A stretch of 64,000 nucleotides of DNA. It comes from the human T2T-CHM13v2.0 reference genome, Homo sapiens. The stretch lies in the NCBI RefSeq assembly GCF_009914755.1, contig NC_060926.1; one strand, 5' to 3'. Each line of letters opens with the position of its first letter. Position 1 is the first letter of the stretch. Below the pieces are notes generated by a model, which was not told the origin of the DNA, made no database searches, and worked only from the letters and a program-made list of their open reading frames with translations. Positions 1-18,324 of the stretch are shown one piece after another. The translations under genes were made by a program, and so were the position numbers.

Positions 1-5104
<5,104 letters not shown>

Positions 5105-5300
5105 CCAATCTAGTCCTTCTCTGCTCTCTCCAGCCCTTTCTCACATCTGCCTACCATGGTCATCCCCTAGAATCTTCATTCGGTGAGTACAATAAACTTT
5201 TTCATTCTGCTGGTGTCTGTGCATATGTGACATCAACAGTCTTGATATCTGAACCAAATTTTGGGTGGGGCTCCATCTCATCTCAGCAGGATTAACACCA
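5105..5300 (+). mobile_element. ERV LTR 3' remnant (subfamily uncertain)
   Basis: AATAAA followed by a U5-like segment ending in CA; recognised by eye only. Confidence 0.4.
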
Positions 5301-5683
5301 CCCTGGAAGCAGAGAGAAGGCAGTTTCCACCCCTGCTAGTTAGACTGGGGAAAGGCTTGCTTTACAACAGAGCTTCCCAGTGGAGTGAAGACACAGAATG
5401 CAAGGCTGAAGAGCAGTCAGCGAATTTCTTCCCACTGCTGTAGGGAAAGGATACCGGCAGTGAGAGAGAATAAGCCAATACATAGACAGGCAGAAATAAG
5501 AGACAGAAGACTCCTGGTGGTGTTAGAGCAAGTGAATGCTGTTGTTCCCAGGTGCCAGCTGCATCTCTGACTTTCCTGCAGATATATTATGGTCCTCAGT
5601 ATTCCAATATATTATCATTTTTGCCTCAGTTAATTTCAGGTTTCTGTCACTTACAACCAAATAACTACAGCCTTGACCAAAAC
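5300..5683 (+). mobile_element. Old MaLR LTR remnant (MLT1J/K-like)
   Basis: 3' end TTTCTGTCACTTACAACCAAA...AAAACA resembles MLT1 termini. Confidence 0.5.
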
Positions 5684-5770
5684 AGAGGGAGATTAAAAGC
5701 ACTCCATAATTACTATTAATTTTCTCACAATGTCAATAATGGTACTGTAGTTATGCAGAATGTCCTTATA

Positions 5771-6183
5771 CAGTTGACTCTTGAACAATATGGGTTTGAA
5801 CTATGAGGGTCCACACGGATTTTCTTCCGCCTCTGCCACCTGTGACAGCAAGACTATCACTTCCTCCTCAGCCTACTCAATGTGAAGATGAGGTGAAGAC
5901 CTTTACGATGATCCACCTCCACTTAATGAATGAGAATTTCCTTACTGTCTTCTTAACATTTTTTTTTAGCTTCCTTTATGGTAAAAATACAGTACATATA
6001 ATGCCTATTACATACAAAATACATGTTAACTGACTGCTTATATTATCAGTAAGGCTTCTGGTCAAAAGTAGGCTATTAGTAGTTAAGTTTTTGGGGAGTC
6101 AAAAGTTACATGTGAATTTTCAACTACGCAGTGTGGTGGGGAGTCCGTGCCCCTAACCTGCCATGTTGTTAAAGGATCAACTG
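5771..6183. mobile_element. Tigger2-derived MITE (Tigger2a/MER28-like) inside an old L1M fragment
   Basis: TIRs CAGTTGACTCTTGAACAA / TTGTTAAAGGATCAACTG with TA target duplications at 5769-5770 and 6184-6185. Confidence 0.88.
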
Positions 6184-6459
6184 TATGGCAGTGTGTGCTC
6201 AAGAATTAGGAATGAAAGGTCATGAGGTCTGCTGCTTTCAAATGATTCAAAAACAGAAGTATAAATATGCAAAAATGGCAATAATCCCTGAGTTTATGTT
6301 AAAAGTACATTCATTATTTGTTCTTTCTACTTTCCTATATGTATGAAAACTTCCATAAAAAACTATCTTTAGAGGGGAGACTCAAGGTATGAATAACACG
6401 CCCAGCCCTTATGAAGATCAGTGCTTTCAGGAAATGACATGTAGTTCTCCCCAGGTGTG

Positions 6460-7230
6460 GAGGACATATAAGGAAGGTAAAAAGGCAGGTTTTATAATGA
6501 ATTTAGCATTTATCCTGAAGGCAAATAGGAAACCATTAAAGGAATTTTGGGGGAGGGGAAGTGGGAAAAACGACATGATCAGATTTTGATGTGAAAAACA
6601 TTTCCCTGTTGACAGCATGAATCCTGACTAGAAAGTGGCAGGCATATGGTAACAGTCCAGATGAGAAATGATGTGGACCTGAGTTAAGAGGAGAGGGGTA
6701 AGTAGTGAGGATTAGAGCAGAACAGACATGAAAAATTCATAGGATTCCTTCCTGGAATGGATTTGACAGGAAGGGGATGGAGTGCTGTGAGGGAAAGGGA
6801 GGAATCCAGGAAGCCTGAATATTCTGGCTTTGGTGACTGTGGTACCGTTCATGGACTGGAGATACAGAAGAGCAAGACATGGTGAGTTTAGTGTGGTGTT
6901 GGAGACACATGGTAAGTGAGGGGGGATGACAGAGATTGGGAGATTACAGGCATATGTCAAAGGCATGGAAGAGCCCACCCAGTAAGAAAGCGCAGAGTTG
7001 GTTGAAATGAGGTGAAGAAAGAAATGCAGCCGCACACAACCACAATTTGGGGATACACAGAGGAACATAAACCCTTGAAAGATAATTTTAAAAATAGCCT
7101 CAGGCACAGGAGGAAAACATGGACAATGGTTCACAAGGGTATAGGCAGGGAAAGATCTGAGAGGGAGGAAGAAGTCAGTGGTGCCAGGTGCCATGCACTC
7201 TCCAACAGATCAAAGTGTCACCAAACAAAA
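6460..7230 (-). mobile_element. L2 remnant
   Basis: Purine-rich degenerate motifs (GAAACCATTAAAGG...GACATGATCAGATTT; CAGTCCAGATGAGAAATGATG) typical of antisense L2. Confidence 0.6.
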
Positions 7231-7461
7231 AGACCTAAAGTAGGGCAGTTCCAGGGTTAATTTAGCAGTTCGACAACATTATGAAAGACGCAGGTTCTTT
7301 CCATCTTTCCACTCTGTTAGACCAGTTGCCTTTCATGACTGCATGGCATCAGTCCTCCGGCTAGAACCCCTCACTGATTGCAAGATGATTGCCGCAGTAT
7401 CCTAGGCACTGCATGCAGACAGTATCTGGCATAGAAGATGGGCGTTTCTTTCTTGCGACTC

Positions 7462-7726
7462 TTTTTTTTTTTTTTGAGACAGGGTCTGGCTCTGTTGCCC
7501 AGGCTGGAGTGCACTGTTGTGATCTCAGCTCACTGCAACCTCTGCCTCCTGAATAGCTGGGACTACAGGTGCACACCACCATGCCCAGCTACTTTTTAAA
7601 ATTTTTTGTAGGGATTGGGTTTCACTATGTTGCCCAGGCTGGTCTCAAACTCTTGAGCTCAAGCAATCCTCCCACCTCGGCCTCCCATAGGGTTGCGATT
7701 ACAGGCGTGAGCCACAGCATCTGGCT
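7462..7726 (-). mobile_element. AluJ-like with internal deletion
   Basis: Antisense Alu arms, T tail, TSD TG(C/T)GACTCTTTT. Confidence 0.9.
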
Positions 7727-8395
7727 GTGACTCTTTTTAGAGTAAAAAAAACAATCCTTCCCCAGAAACACCTCAGTTGACCTGCCCTCCTGTTACAGAG
7801 TAAAACTGGGTCACACTCACCCTTGAACAGACCACAAGCAATAATAATGGAATTATTACAACTGACTTATCAAGATTTACCCCTGAGCTAGGGACAGGGT
7901 GCCAGGCCTAAAGGCTGGATAACTGCAAAAAAAAAAAAAAAAGGGGGGGGGGCGGGGGAGGTAGATGTTGAATAGGTAGCTAACAGGTATTAAGAGGGGC
8001 CATTCTGTATTACAGTATTCTAATCTTTTTTCACTTAATAACATTCATGTTAAAAAGAGCAGTGATTTGTGGGGGCAAAAATAAATGCAGTTAATGCAGG
8101 AAAAAACTTGAATCAACAAGTTGTATGCTTCTGAGAGTGGAAAAAACATACAATAACTTTAAAAGAGGATCTATTCTAAAATATCTGTTTTCCTTTAGCA
8201 GTCACTTTCTGAAGACATTGATAATTTACTTTCTGCAGTGAAAATGTACAAATTTCATTTTCTTTGTCCCAAGACTACTTTCAAGTTTCACAAAAAGAAC
8301 CTTACCTTAAAATTACTAAGCAAATTCTTTCAACCATATCTCTCTTCATTTTCTAGAGTCAGAAGTTCAAAATTTAGGAACCTCTTTGTTTGTAT

Positions 8396-9060
8396 CTATG
8401 GGGTAGCTTTGTGATATCAACTTGACTTGAACTAAAGTCCCCAGAACTCCCTTTCTAGTATGTTTCTGGTTAGGGTGAGTTAAAAGTAATATTATCTCCT
8501 TAGAGACAGAAGAGAAAAGTGAGACAGCAGCTATTTTGTAGCATAATATACCTTTTCCCAGTTATTCAAACACTAACCTAAGTGCTGCTGGGAGAGATTT
8601 TGCCAACATAATTAAAGTCCCTAATAGGCTGATTTCAAGTTAATAAAAACGATTATTCTAGGTGAGTCTGTGACTTTGTCACTGGGAAGCACTTTCAAAG
8701 AAAGCTTAGGCCCTGTCTGAGCCAAGAGGCTTCAAACAGCAGCTAGACCTGCAATTTCTCTCCTCTCCTCAGGATCTTCCCTGGATACTTATCTGTGGAC
8801 AAGAAACTTCAGTCTGTGCCCTTGGGGTTCCAGCCCGCTATCCTCCCTTACTGACTCCCTGGCCCTGTGGGCTTTGAGCTTGCTTAACCAGCTCTCTCAA
8901 ATGCATAAGCCAATTCCTTATTATAAACCCATGTGCGTGTATATATACATATACATTCATTTAAAATCTGACTGGTTCTGCCTCTGATTGAACCCTTACA
9001 CATGTTGGTTCACACCTGCCTGCAACCCCTACTTCTACAGATCCACTTCTACACTTGCGA
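8396..9060 (+). mobile_element. ERVL LTR (MLT2-like)
   Basis: MLT2-type start (…TCAACTTGAC…CCCAGAACTCCCTTTC) and end (GCCAATTCCTTATTATAAA…TGGTTCTGCCTCTG…GAACCCT). Confidence 0.7.
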
Positions 9061-9129
9061 GATATAACAAACTCCGCTCAGTGTTCTCTGACTTGATCCA
9101 GAAAGTTTTAAATAATAGTAGAATGGTGG

Positions 9130-9466
9130 CTCAGTCCTTTTGGACTGCTATAGCACAATAAATGACAAATTTATTTTTCATAGATCTAGAGGCTGGGAAA
9201 TCTGAGATCGGGGTGTCGGCATGGTTGGGTTCTGGTGTGGAGCCTTCTTTCTGGGTCACAGGTGACACCTTCTAGCTGGGTCCTCACATGGCAGAAAGGG
9301 GACAGTAGCTCTATGGGGCCTCTCTTGTAAGGTCACTAATCCCATTTGTGAGATTAGGTCTGCGCTCCTGACCTAAACACCTCCTAAAGCTCCACCTCTG
9401 AACACAATCACATCAGAGATTAGGTTTCAATGTATGAATTTTGGGAGGACACATTCAGACTATAGC
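9130..9466 (-). mobile_element. MaLR LTR (MLT1A/MST-like)
   Basis: TCTAGAGGCTGGGAAATCTGAGATC…GAATTTTGGGAGGACACATTCAGACTATAGC motifs. Confidence 0.8.
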
Positions 9467-11419
9467 GAAGTTTGTTTGTCTGTTTCCACTATTTTGGAGC
9501 AGCATGTAAATCCGCTGCTTTGGGGAACAGTCTTATATAACTATACTCCTTTGCTATGCTTCAAATAAATTTTCTTTACTGTGTCAACTGACCCTTGCTT
9601 GTACTGGAGTTCATCTACCCATTCACACTTCTTCCACAAATCTTCCACAATTTCTCTCAGCTCATGAGATTTCAGGTTCTCTATGACTAGTAACAGTCTC
9701 TATGAGAAATCCCATTTATTTCCTCACTTGTCATAGACTGATTCTTTTATTTCTTTAAGTTGCTCCTTGTTCATGACACCGAACTGTTCTCTAGGCTAAA
9801 GGTTAATTAAAATCTTTAATATTCTGTATATCCTTCCATTAGGACTCTCTCTTGAGGAAAGGAAATAGTCATGGTTGTGTTTAAATCATCAGTTTCAGCA
9901 CTGATCACAAAATAAAAAGTTTAAAACAATTAAAAATAAGTGAATTTAACAAATATAATATACCCATAAATTTTGATGTTCTTTATTATAAAATAACAGA
10001 AAATTCAATGGAATTTTTTGAAGTATGCACAATATATTGTTATAAAAATGGTATATTGAGATAATATGGTTAGATTTTTGTAACTCAACAAATAAATACA
10101 GATGTTCCCCACTTTTTGTAGGTATTTTTAGTCTCAATTTCATTCATTTTGATTTTGATCTTACTTATTTCCTTCCACTAATTTTGAGGCTTTGATTTGT
10201 TCTTTTCTAGTTCTTTAAGATGCATCATTAGGTTGTTTATTTGAAATCTTTCTAGTTTTTTGATGTAGGATTTATTGTTATATAAATTTGCCTCTTAATA
10301 TTGCTTTTGCTGTGCCCCATAGGTTTTGGTATATTGTATTTCTATTTTCATTTGTCTCAAGAAATATTTTAGTTTACCATTTAATTTCTTCCTTCACCCA
10401 TTGGTCATTCAGGAACATGTTGTTTGATTTTCACGTATTTGTAGTTTTGAATGTTCCTCTTGTTATCGATTTCTAGTTTTAAATTCCATTGTGGTCAGAT
10501 AAGATAGTTGATAAAATTAATTTAAAAAAATTTTTTTGAGATTCATTTTGTGTCCTAACATACGATCAATCCTGAAGAATGCTTCATGTGTTGACGAAAG
10601 AAATGGTATTCTGCAGCTTTTTGGTGAAATGTTCTGTAAATGTCTGTTAGGTCCATTTAGTTGATGGTGTAGTTTAAATCCAATGCTTCTTTGTTGATTT
10701 TCTGTCTAGATGACCTGTCCAATGCTGAGAGTGGACTGCTGAAATCCCCAACTCTATTATTGTACTGGGGTCTATCTCTCCCTTTAGATCTAATAGTTGC
10801 TTTTTATATCTGGGTGCTCTAGTGCTAGGTGCATATATATTTCCAACTGTTATATTTTCTTGCTTAACTGATCCCTTTATCTCATAATGTCCTTCTTTGT
10901 TGCTTTTTATAGCTTTTTACTTGATGTCTGTTTGGCCTTATGTAAGTAATGCTACTCCTGCTGGCTTTTGGTTTCCATTTGGATGAAGTATCTTTTTCTT
11001 TCCCTTCACTCTCAGTCTGTATGACTTTACAGATGAGGTGAGTTTCTTACAGGCAGTATATAGTTGGGGTTTATCCATTCAGCCAGTTTATATCTTTTAG
11101 ATGGGGGAACTGAACCCATTTACATTCAAGGTTATTGATAGGTAAAGACTTGTTCCTGTCATATTGTTCTCTGGATGTTTTATCTTTTGTTCTGTACTTC
11201 TTTTCTTATGGTTTTTCTGTGCTTGGGTGGTTTTCCACATTGATACGGTTTGATTCTTTTTCCTTTCTTTGTATTTGGGCTCTACCAGTGAATTTTATAG
11301 TTTCACATGTTTTCATAATGGTGGTTATGTTTTCATTTCCAGATATAAGAGTCCCTTAAGCATTTCTTGTAAGGCCAGTCTAGCAGTGATGAATTCCCTT
11401 CATTTCTCCTTGTTTGTGA

Positions 11420-11706
<287 letters not shown>

Positions 11707-12839
11707 GTTTGTGAAAGATTTTAATTCTTTTTTATTTCTGAAATGTAGCTTTGCAGGGTATATAGTGTTCTTGGCTCACAGGTCCCCCACCCCCACTTTG
11801 AGTATTTTTAATATATCATTTCATTCTTTCCTGGCCTGTAAGTTTTCTGCTGAGAAATCTGCTGTTAGTTTAATGGGAATTCCCTTATATGTGACTTGAC
11901 ACTTTTCTCTTGCTACTTTTAGAATTCTTTGCCTTTAACATCTGATAATTTGACTATAATGTGCCTCAGAGATAACCTGTTTGGGCTGACTCTAATTGGA
12001 ATTCTTTGAGTTTACTGGACCTGGATGTCCATCTCAAATTTCAAGACTTGGGAAGTTTTCAGCTACTATTTCATTAAGTATGTTTTCTAAGCCTTTCTCC
12101 TTTCTCTTCTCCTTCTGGAATGACCATAATATATTTGTTCACTTCATGGTATACAATACATCCTGTAGGCTTTCTTCACCCTTTTTTCTTTTTTTGTCTG
12201 CCTGTGTCATTTCAAAAGATCTGTCTTCAAGTTCAGAAATTCTTTCTTCTGCTTGGTTTAGTCTATTGTTGAAGCTCTTGACTGTATTTTTTATTTCACT
12301 CATTGAATTCTTCAGCTCTAGGATTTCTGTTTGGTTCTTTGTTATGTTACCTGTCTCTTTGTTGAATTTCTTATTCAAATCATGAATTGTTTTCTTGATT
12401 TTGCTGAACTGTAAGTTTTCCTGTATCTCACTGAGATTCTTTAAGATTATTTTGAATTCTTTCTCTAGCATTTAGTATATTTTCTTATGATTGGGGTCTG
12501 TTACTGAAGAATTATTGTTTTCCTTTGGAGGCGTCATGTTTCCTTGCTTTTTTGTGTTTGATGTGTCCCCATGTTGATTTCTATACATCTGGTAGAAAAG
12601 TCATTTCTTCCAATTTTATGGAGTACATTTCACAGGGAAAGACTTATTCTTATAAATGGGTCTTGGAGTGTCAGATTGGTGGGGTGCATTGGCTTTGGTG
12701 CATCTGTGTCTAGGTGGGCACTGTAGTGTAGTCTCTGGGTACTTTCCTCAGCTGTCAGTCACACTTGACGTCTGCAAGTATCTCAGTAGCCTAGGCTGAG
12801 AGAGTCTGTGGTGGTAGTGGTGCAGCTTTGTTGAGGGTG

Positions 12840-13740
12840 GGCTCACAAGGCTGTTTCTCAGGTCAGGGATGTGTGCATCCACACAGTGGGTCAGGCAGCT
12901 TGGAATCTGGCCAACTTAGGGTCTGGCTCTAAAACGCAGGGCTGTTACTCTGGACAGCAGCACAAGCACGTGTTTAGTTGGATGGTGTGGGTGTATGCCT
13001 GCCAGGAGTAGCCCAAAGGGCTGTTTCTCAGGCCTAGCTATCTGTGAAACTGCTTTGTGACGTGTGGATTTATGTCACAGAGTTAAAACTTTCTTTTGAC
13101 TCAGCAAGATGAAAAAACTCTTTTTGGAGAATCTGAGAAGGGACATATAGGAGCCCGCTGAGGCTGCTCAGCTGAACTGGGAGTTATGTTTGCCAGGGAT
13201 GGCCCGCAGGGCTGTTTTTCAGGCGTGGGATGCAGTCTCATGGCTTCTCAGATGGCTTGGGTGTCTGTTGGCTTGGGGTGACCCATGGGGCTGTTTCTCA
13301 GGGTGGGGGTGCAGACACATGGGTGTTTAGTTGGCCTTGAAGTGTGTCTGCCCTATGGGGCTGTTTCTCAGGTCCAAGACACAGTTGCAAGTCTGCTCAG
13401 CTGGCCCGAGGATGTGTCTGCCAGGGGCAGCCTATACAGCTGCTTCTCAGGTCCATGATGTGAGCACAAAGCTGCTTGGCTAGCCTGGGGACATGTTTGC
13501 TAGTGGCGACCCACAGGGCTATTTCTTAGGCCTGACACAGGCACAGAGATGCTCAGCTGGTCTGGAGGTGTGTCTGCCGGTGGTTGCCCACAGGGCTGTT
13601 TTTCAGGCCCTGATTTCAGGTGCAGGGCCATTGGGCAGGCCAAGGAAATATCTTGGGGGTGCACTGTGGGGCTCTTTCTTAGGTGCTGAGTGCAGGTATG
13701 TAGCTGCTTTGCTGGCCCTTGGGTATATTAGCTGCTTAGA
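12840..13740. repeat. Degenerate ~79-bp tandem array in the L1 5'UTR
   Basis: CTGTTTCTCAGG-like anchors near 12851, 13021, 13212, 13291, 13361, 13440, 13519, 13596, 13672. Confidence 0.85.
13036..13164 (+). repeat. Isolated partial alpha-satellite monomer (~129 bp)
   Basis: GAAACTGCTTTGTGACGTGTGGATTTATGTCACAGAGTTAAAACTTTCTTTTGA…ACTCTTTTTGGAGAATCTG…GGAGCCCGCTGAGGC is collinear with the alphoid consensus. Confidence 0.9.
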
Positions 13741-14270
13741 GGCCCGGGGGTCTCTCCTGCTTGGGGGAGGGTGTGCAGTGGTTTGCTTAGCTCATCAAGG
13801 CAGAGTTCTGTGAATGAACCATGTCTGTCTGTGCGTTTGCTTTTACCTGCCATTATGGGTTGGTGATAATACTATTTGGTGATATATAAGAGCTTGTCTA
13901 TTAAAAGCACATATATTAAACAAATAGAATATATTTTATTCATAAGAAGATTTTTAAATAGTAAAAATAAAAATGAAGTGCTAATCAAAACAGCTAACTA
14001 TAAGTTCTTTGCTGTTTCCAAAGAGTCTCTGAACCAGAGACTACAACAAGCGAGTATTTTTCAAGCTTTAAAAGTTAATATTACATGTTAGACTCCTAAT
14101 AGATACTTACTTCCCATTTTCAAACTGCATTCAGTATCATTTGTTTTCCTGATGACTAGAACATGTAACTTTCCCACATAGATGTAACACAGGCAAAAGA
14201 CAAGACAAATGCATGTAAAATACATTTAATAGTTTAATGGGAAAGTACAGTCCAAAAATTTTAAACTTAC

Positions 14271-14339
14271 TGTTCATGGAAATCCAGCATTGGTGGCTCA
14301 AATCGTATGGGCCTGCAATTCCCCCGGTAGAGAGATATA
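14271..14339 (-). CDS. TMEM131: TMEM131 coding exon (exon 4), 69 nt, (S)ISLYRGNCRPIRFEPPMLDFHE(Q)
   Basis: Minus strand: gttttctttttatttacag|TATATCTCTC...CATGAACA|gtaagt; phase 2 to phase 2; peptide recognised as TMEM131. Confidence 0.97.
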
Positions 14340-15758
14340 CTGTAAATAAAAAGAAAACAACATAAGAAGCAATTCTTCAAAATATATGTTTCCCCAAACT
14401 CTATTCAGACAGCTGACTTTTGTCATAACAATGCCATTTTAAGAAAAATTGGGTCTAACAATCTATCAGAAATGTGCGTCACTTTTTAAATTAGCAGAAA
14501 CCAATAAAGATTGCGTTTTAGAAAATGAAAAAGTGGGATTATTTTTCTTCTTCAAAGGTATATGCAAATAGAAAATGCTCAGGCAGACTGAATGTTGAAA
14601 TTTATTTGGTTGGTATAATTGGTAACGATATACTTTAATAGGTCGCTTGGATTTTCTGATACATGTATGATGAATAAAGAGTTAATACAACTTACATACA
14701 TTTAGCAGACAATATATGAAGACAAAAATCACAATCAGATTGTAACTAGAGTGGCAAAGGACTAAACAAAAATGAATTTGGGATACAAACTTCCAAGAAT
14801 TGAAATATCTATTTCATCTGAGAGTTTGGAATACACTAGAACTGATCTCTGATGTCCTGGCCTCCATATTACAGTAGCATCTTCTAACTAACCCACCTGA
14901 TACCAGAACTTCTCAATAGAACAGATTTCTGAATAGCAAACCTCAGACAACATCAGGGCCTAACGCTGATATAAAACATAAATGACTTTTGGTGGGGTAG
15001 GGGGAGTAGTGGTGGTGGTTCACATGCCTAAAGTGTCAGAAATTCAGTCAGAAAGTCAGAAATTCAGTCAGGCACTAAGTTTCAAAATAGTAGATTTTGA
15101 TGTTTTTGTTCTAGGAAATGATGTCAGAGCAAAACCCATTTTGTGAGACTACTTTATTTCCATCATCACTGAAATTCATAGTAACGTAAGCTTTGAAATG
15201 ATATAGTAATTTCATTCAGGATTAAGGAGTCAGAGGAAATATCCAGGATTTAGGAGATACAAGAAATAATTAGAAATAGACAAGGACATTCATAATATGG
15301 AGGAAATTTGGCTTTAATTCAATTCTATAAAGATTAAATAATCTGAGTAGTGGAATAATTTAGCTGAAGGTAATAAAATCCAAACATGTTTTTAGCCCTA
15401 CCAATTTAGAACATTCTTTTGTGTAGCTTAAGAATCCCTCTGCATATGTTGAACAGAAAAGATGACAAACAAAAAAAGAAAGCAAGCACCAAAAGTAAGA
15501 TTATATTTTACTAAAGCATGAAACTAAAGACACCGGGACATGAAGGCACAATTCCTTGCAACACAGTGTTGGCATCTATTCCTTCCTGCTTTCTGCCCTG
15601 TCTGTTTCTTAGATGTTATGTAACAAAAACATTCTTTGGCGCCTTTAAAACAAGAGATGCTCCTCAGCTCATTAGTTTCATTAGTATGAAACTCAAATTT
15701 ACATAAATCTTAATCAAATCAAGGAAAAATAAAGTATAAGGCATAACTGTATGTCATT

Positions 15759-15852
15759 AATTCCTATATAATATTATATTCCTATATATAATATATATTC
15801 CTATAATGTAATATATATTCCTATATATAATATATAATTCCTATATATTAAT
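15759..15852. repeat. AT-rich short tandem repeat (ATTCCTATATAATAT-like units)
   Basis: About five TTCCTATA anchors spaced about 19-20 nt apart. Confidence 0.85.
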
Positions 15853-15989
15853 TCCATGGACTGTTTAGATGTTGGAGAAAAAGGAAATTAAGATACAGTG
15901 TTTTTCTCTCACAGAGCCAAGAGGCTGTTCTGCAAATTACAAATGGAAATGTCTAAAGTGGCCAGGTGGGGTAAAAAAGTATATACCCC

Positions 15990-16800
15990 ATCCATTCAAT
16001 ACAAATGTATGAATGTTTACTATATGCCAGTTACCGTCTATTGGCTGGGGCTACAGTGGGGAATAAAGAAAAGCACCTGCTCTCATGGCACTAACCTCCT
16101 AGTAGGGGGAACAAAAGTTGAATATGTTAGGTGAAAATGTGTGTATAAAGAAAAATCAAACACGGCGGGGCTGTGTTTAGAACCGAAAATGCCTCTCTGA
16201 GGAGGGACACTGCTGCCAAGACCTGAACGACAGAGATCTAGGGGAAGAAAGTAGTAATGTATTTGGCGAGTTGAACAAGGAGGCTGAAGTGACCACTGTG
16301 CAGTGAGGGAGGAGTAGGAGGTAGGAGCTGAGCTCAGAGGTACAAGAGCCAGGTCTCCTTGTAGGAGTATAGATTATTCAAAGTGTAACAAACTACAGTG
16401 TTTTTGAGCAAGGAGTAGCATGATCTGACACATATCATAAGGTTAATTCTGGCTACTTTGTGAAGTACCAAGGAAGTTCCTGTAGGAGCCCAACAGTGGG
16501 AAGCAGGGAAGTCCTGGAGTGCTCCAGGCAACTGGTGACGGCAGATACAATCTAGGGTGGCTGCAAGGGAGAGTAGCGAGCAGTGGCTGGTTTCTGAATA
16601 TATTTGGAAGCTTGAGAAAACAGGTTGTGCTGATGGATTGATTTTGAGGGATCAAGGATAACTCATTCTAAGATTTTCACTGGATACACAGTCATGACAT
16701 GGGAGGAGTGGGTTGGAAGTGGGAAGAGGTAGATTTTCAAGAGCATTGTTTTAGACATTTAAATTTAGATGTCTTATCTAGATGGAGATGTCATAAAGTA
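15990..16800 (-). mobile_element. L2 remnant including 3' end
   Basis: CATTCAATACAAATGTATGAATGTTTACTATATGCCAG is the antisense L2 tail; later L2 motifs follow. Confidence 0.75.
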
Positions 16801-17477
16801 ACTATACATGGATACTGTTCATATTAAAAAGTTACTAATTTTCACGTACTGATCTTATACCTAGTCACCTTGGTGAGTTTAATTCCAACAGTCTGTCTAG
16901 ATTCTCTCATGATTTTCCACTGCTGCTATATGTGCTGCCAAAATGAGCACTATCTTGGATGATCACTGTAGACAAATCATCTGCAAGTAACAATTTGATT
17001 CTTCCTTTCAAATCCTTAGATAAGTTTTATTTTTTATGTCTTGTGCTAAGATCTCCTGTAAAATGCTTCAAAGATGTGATGTCCAGCAACTGTTACTGTG
17101 ATATTTACAAAGTGCTCACAGAATGATATAGAAGAAACAGTACATCAAATATGATTCCCTCATAAATAAAAGCATATTTTCAAAACCATACCAGATCTAT
17201 ATCTAAGGAACAGTTTAATATCCGAGTGAGTACGATACAAGTTGACACAGGTACAATCCTATGTTAACCAAACCAAAAATGCAGTAACACAGCTGTCTCC
17301 ACAGCTGATTCAAATGGTTCCTATCCACGTTTATTTAACATGGCACTGTTTAGTGCTTTATTAACAGAAAGCAAATGTCTGCAAATATGTAATATTGAAA
17401 AACAAACTAGGGAAGATGCAATATAAAGAGTGGTGGCCTTTGCTAATATCATTGCAGTTTTTTCCCTGATTTTTAAA

Positions 17478-17602
17478 ATTATTATTATTACTATTTTTGA
17501 GAGACAGGGGTCTCGTTATGTTGCCCAAGCTGGTCTCAAACTCCTGTGTTAGAGCCTCCTGAGTAGCTGGGACTACAGATGCAGCATGCCAGTGTGCTGG
17601 GC
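17478..17602 (-). mobile_element. Alu monomer (FLAM-like)
   Basis: Single degenerate Alu arm with (TTA)n tail. Confidence 0.75.
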
Positions 17603-18014
17603 TCACCCTTTGACAATTTCAAAGCAACAAAATCTGAGACATTATGATAGCATATTGCATTATTTTATGCTTTCTGCAATGATTACACATGTTCTGAAGT
17701 GTCAATACAATTGGTTTTATAAATTTTCACTAAAATCTTATTTATATGGAGATGAATGAAGACTATTTTCTGATTTCAAGCTAGGAAACAACTGAAGAGA
17801 TACAAGAAATCTTGTGGGAAATGGTCATACTGCTTGTTGAACTGTCAGGTCAAAGTTGAGCAGGAAACTCCCAAATCAAACATATGGGCTTCTTGGGTCT
17901 CTGGGAGTTTAAAATGTTTTCCTAGGATCAACTACTACCTAAACAAAAGATACTCTTTGGCCCAGCATTTTTAAAACAATTGTTTGTGATGTATTTGCAT
18001 CATAAACACCTACA

Positions 18015-18130
18015 ATGTTTGTGGAAATGCAGATTCTGGGGCCCCACCTCCAGAATCTAATTCCTTGTAAGCAGAATGGACCCCAGAAACCTGCATTTTT
18101 AAGCACCCTCACATTTAGGAGCCACTATTT
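18015..18130. mobile_element. MER5A-like hAT fragment
   Basis: GAAATGCAGATTCTGGGGCCCCACC…CCCAGAAACCTGCATTTTTAAGCACCC. Confidence 0.7.
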
Positions 18131-18324
18131 TGCATCTTGATCCACAAACATTACAGCCACAAATAAGAGGTGGGGAAGGAAGTGCCTTAACCAGTAAAAC
18201 TATCAAAGTCACCAGCAGTTTAAATTGATTTCAAATATGATTTTTATTAAAGAGCCAGCTAAATAAACAGTGATTTAAATGAATAAGACTTCTCCTATAT
18301 GATATATATTCTCCCATAAACACA

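Noticed and set aside
7927-7961. A-run followed by a G-run, possible G-quadruplex
   Set aside because: Simple mononucleotide slippage tract with no supporting context.
12840-13740. Regularly spaced repeats with one odd insert, superficially CRISPR-like
   Set aside because: The whole unit repeats, not just an anchor; it is an L1 5'UTR array in a eukaryotic intron with no cas genes.
15034-15071. Short tandem duplication GTCAGAAATTCAGTCAG (a similar one, AAAAGCTTGCAGCAATC, is at about 62003-62039)
   Set aside because: Ordinary micro-duplications with no sign of function.
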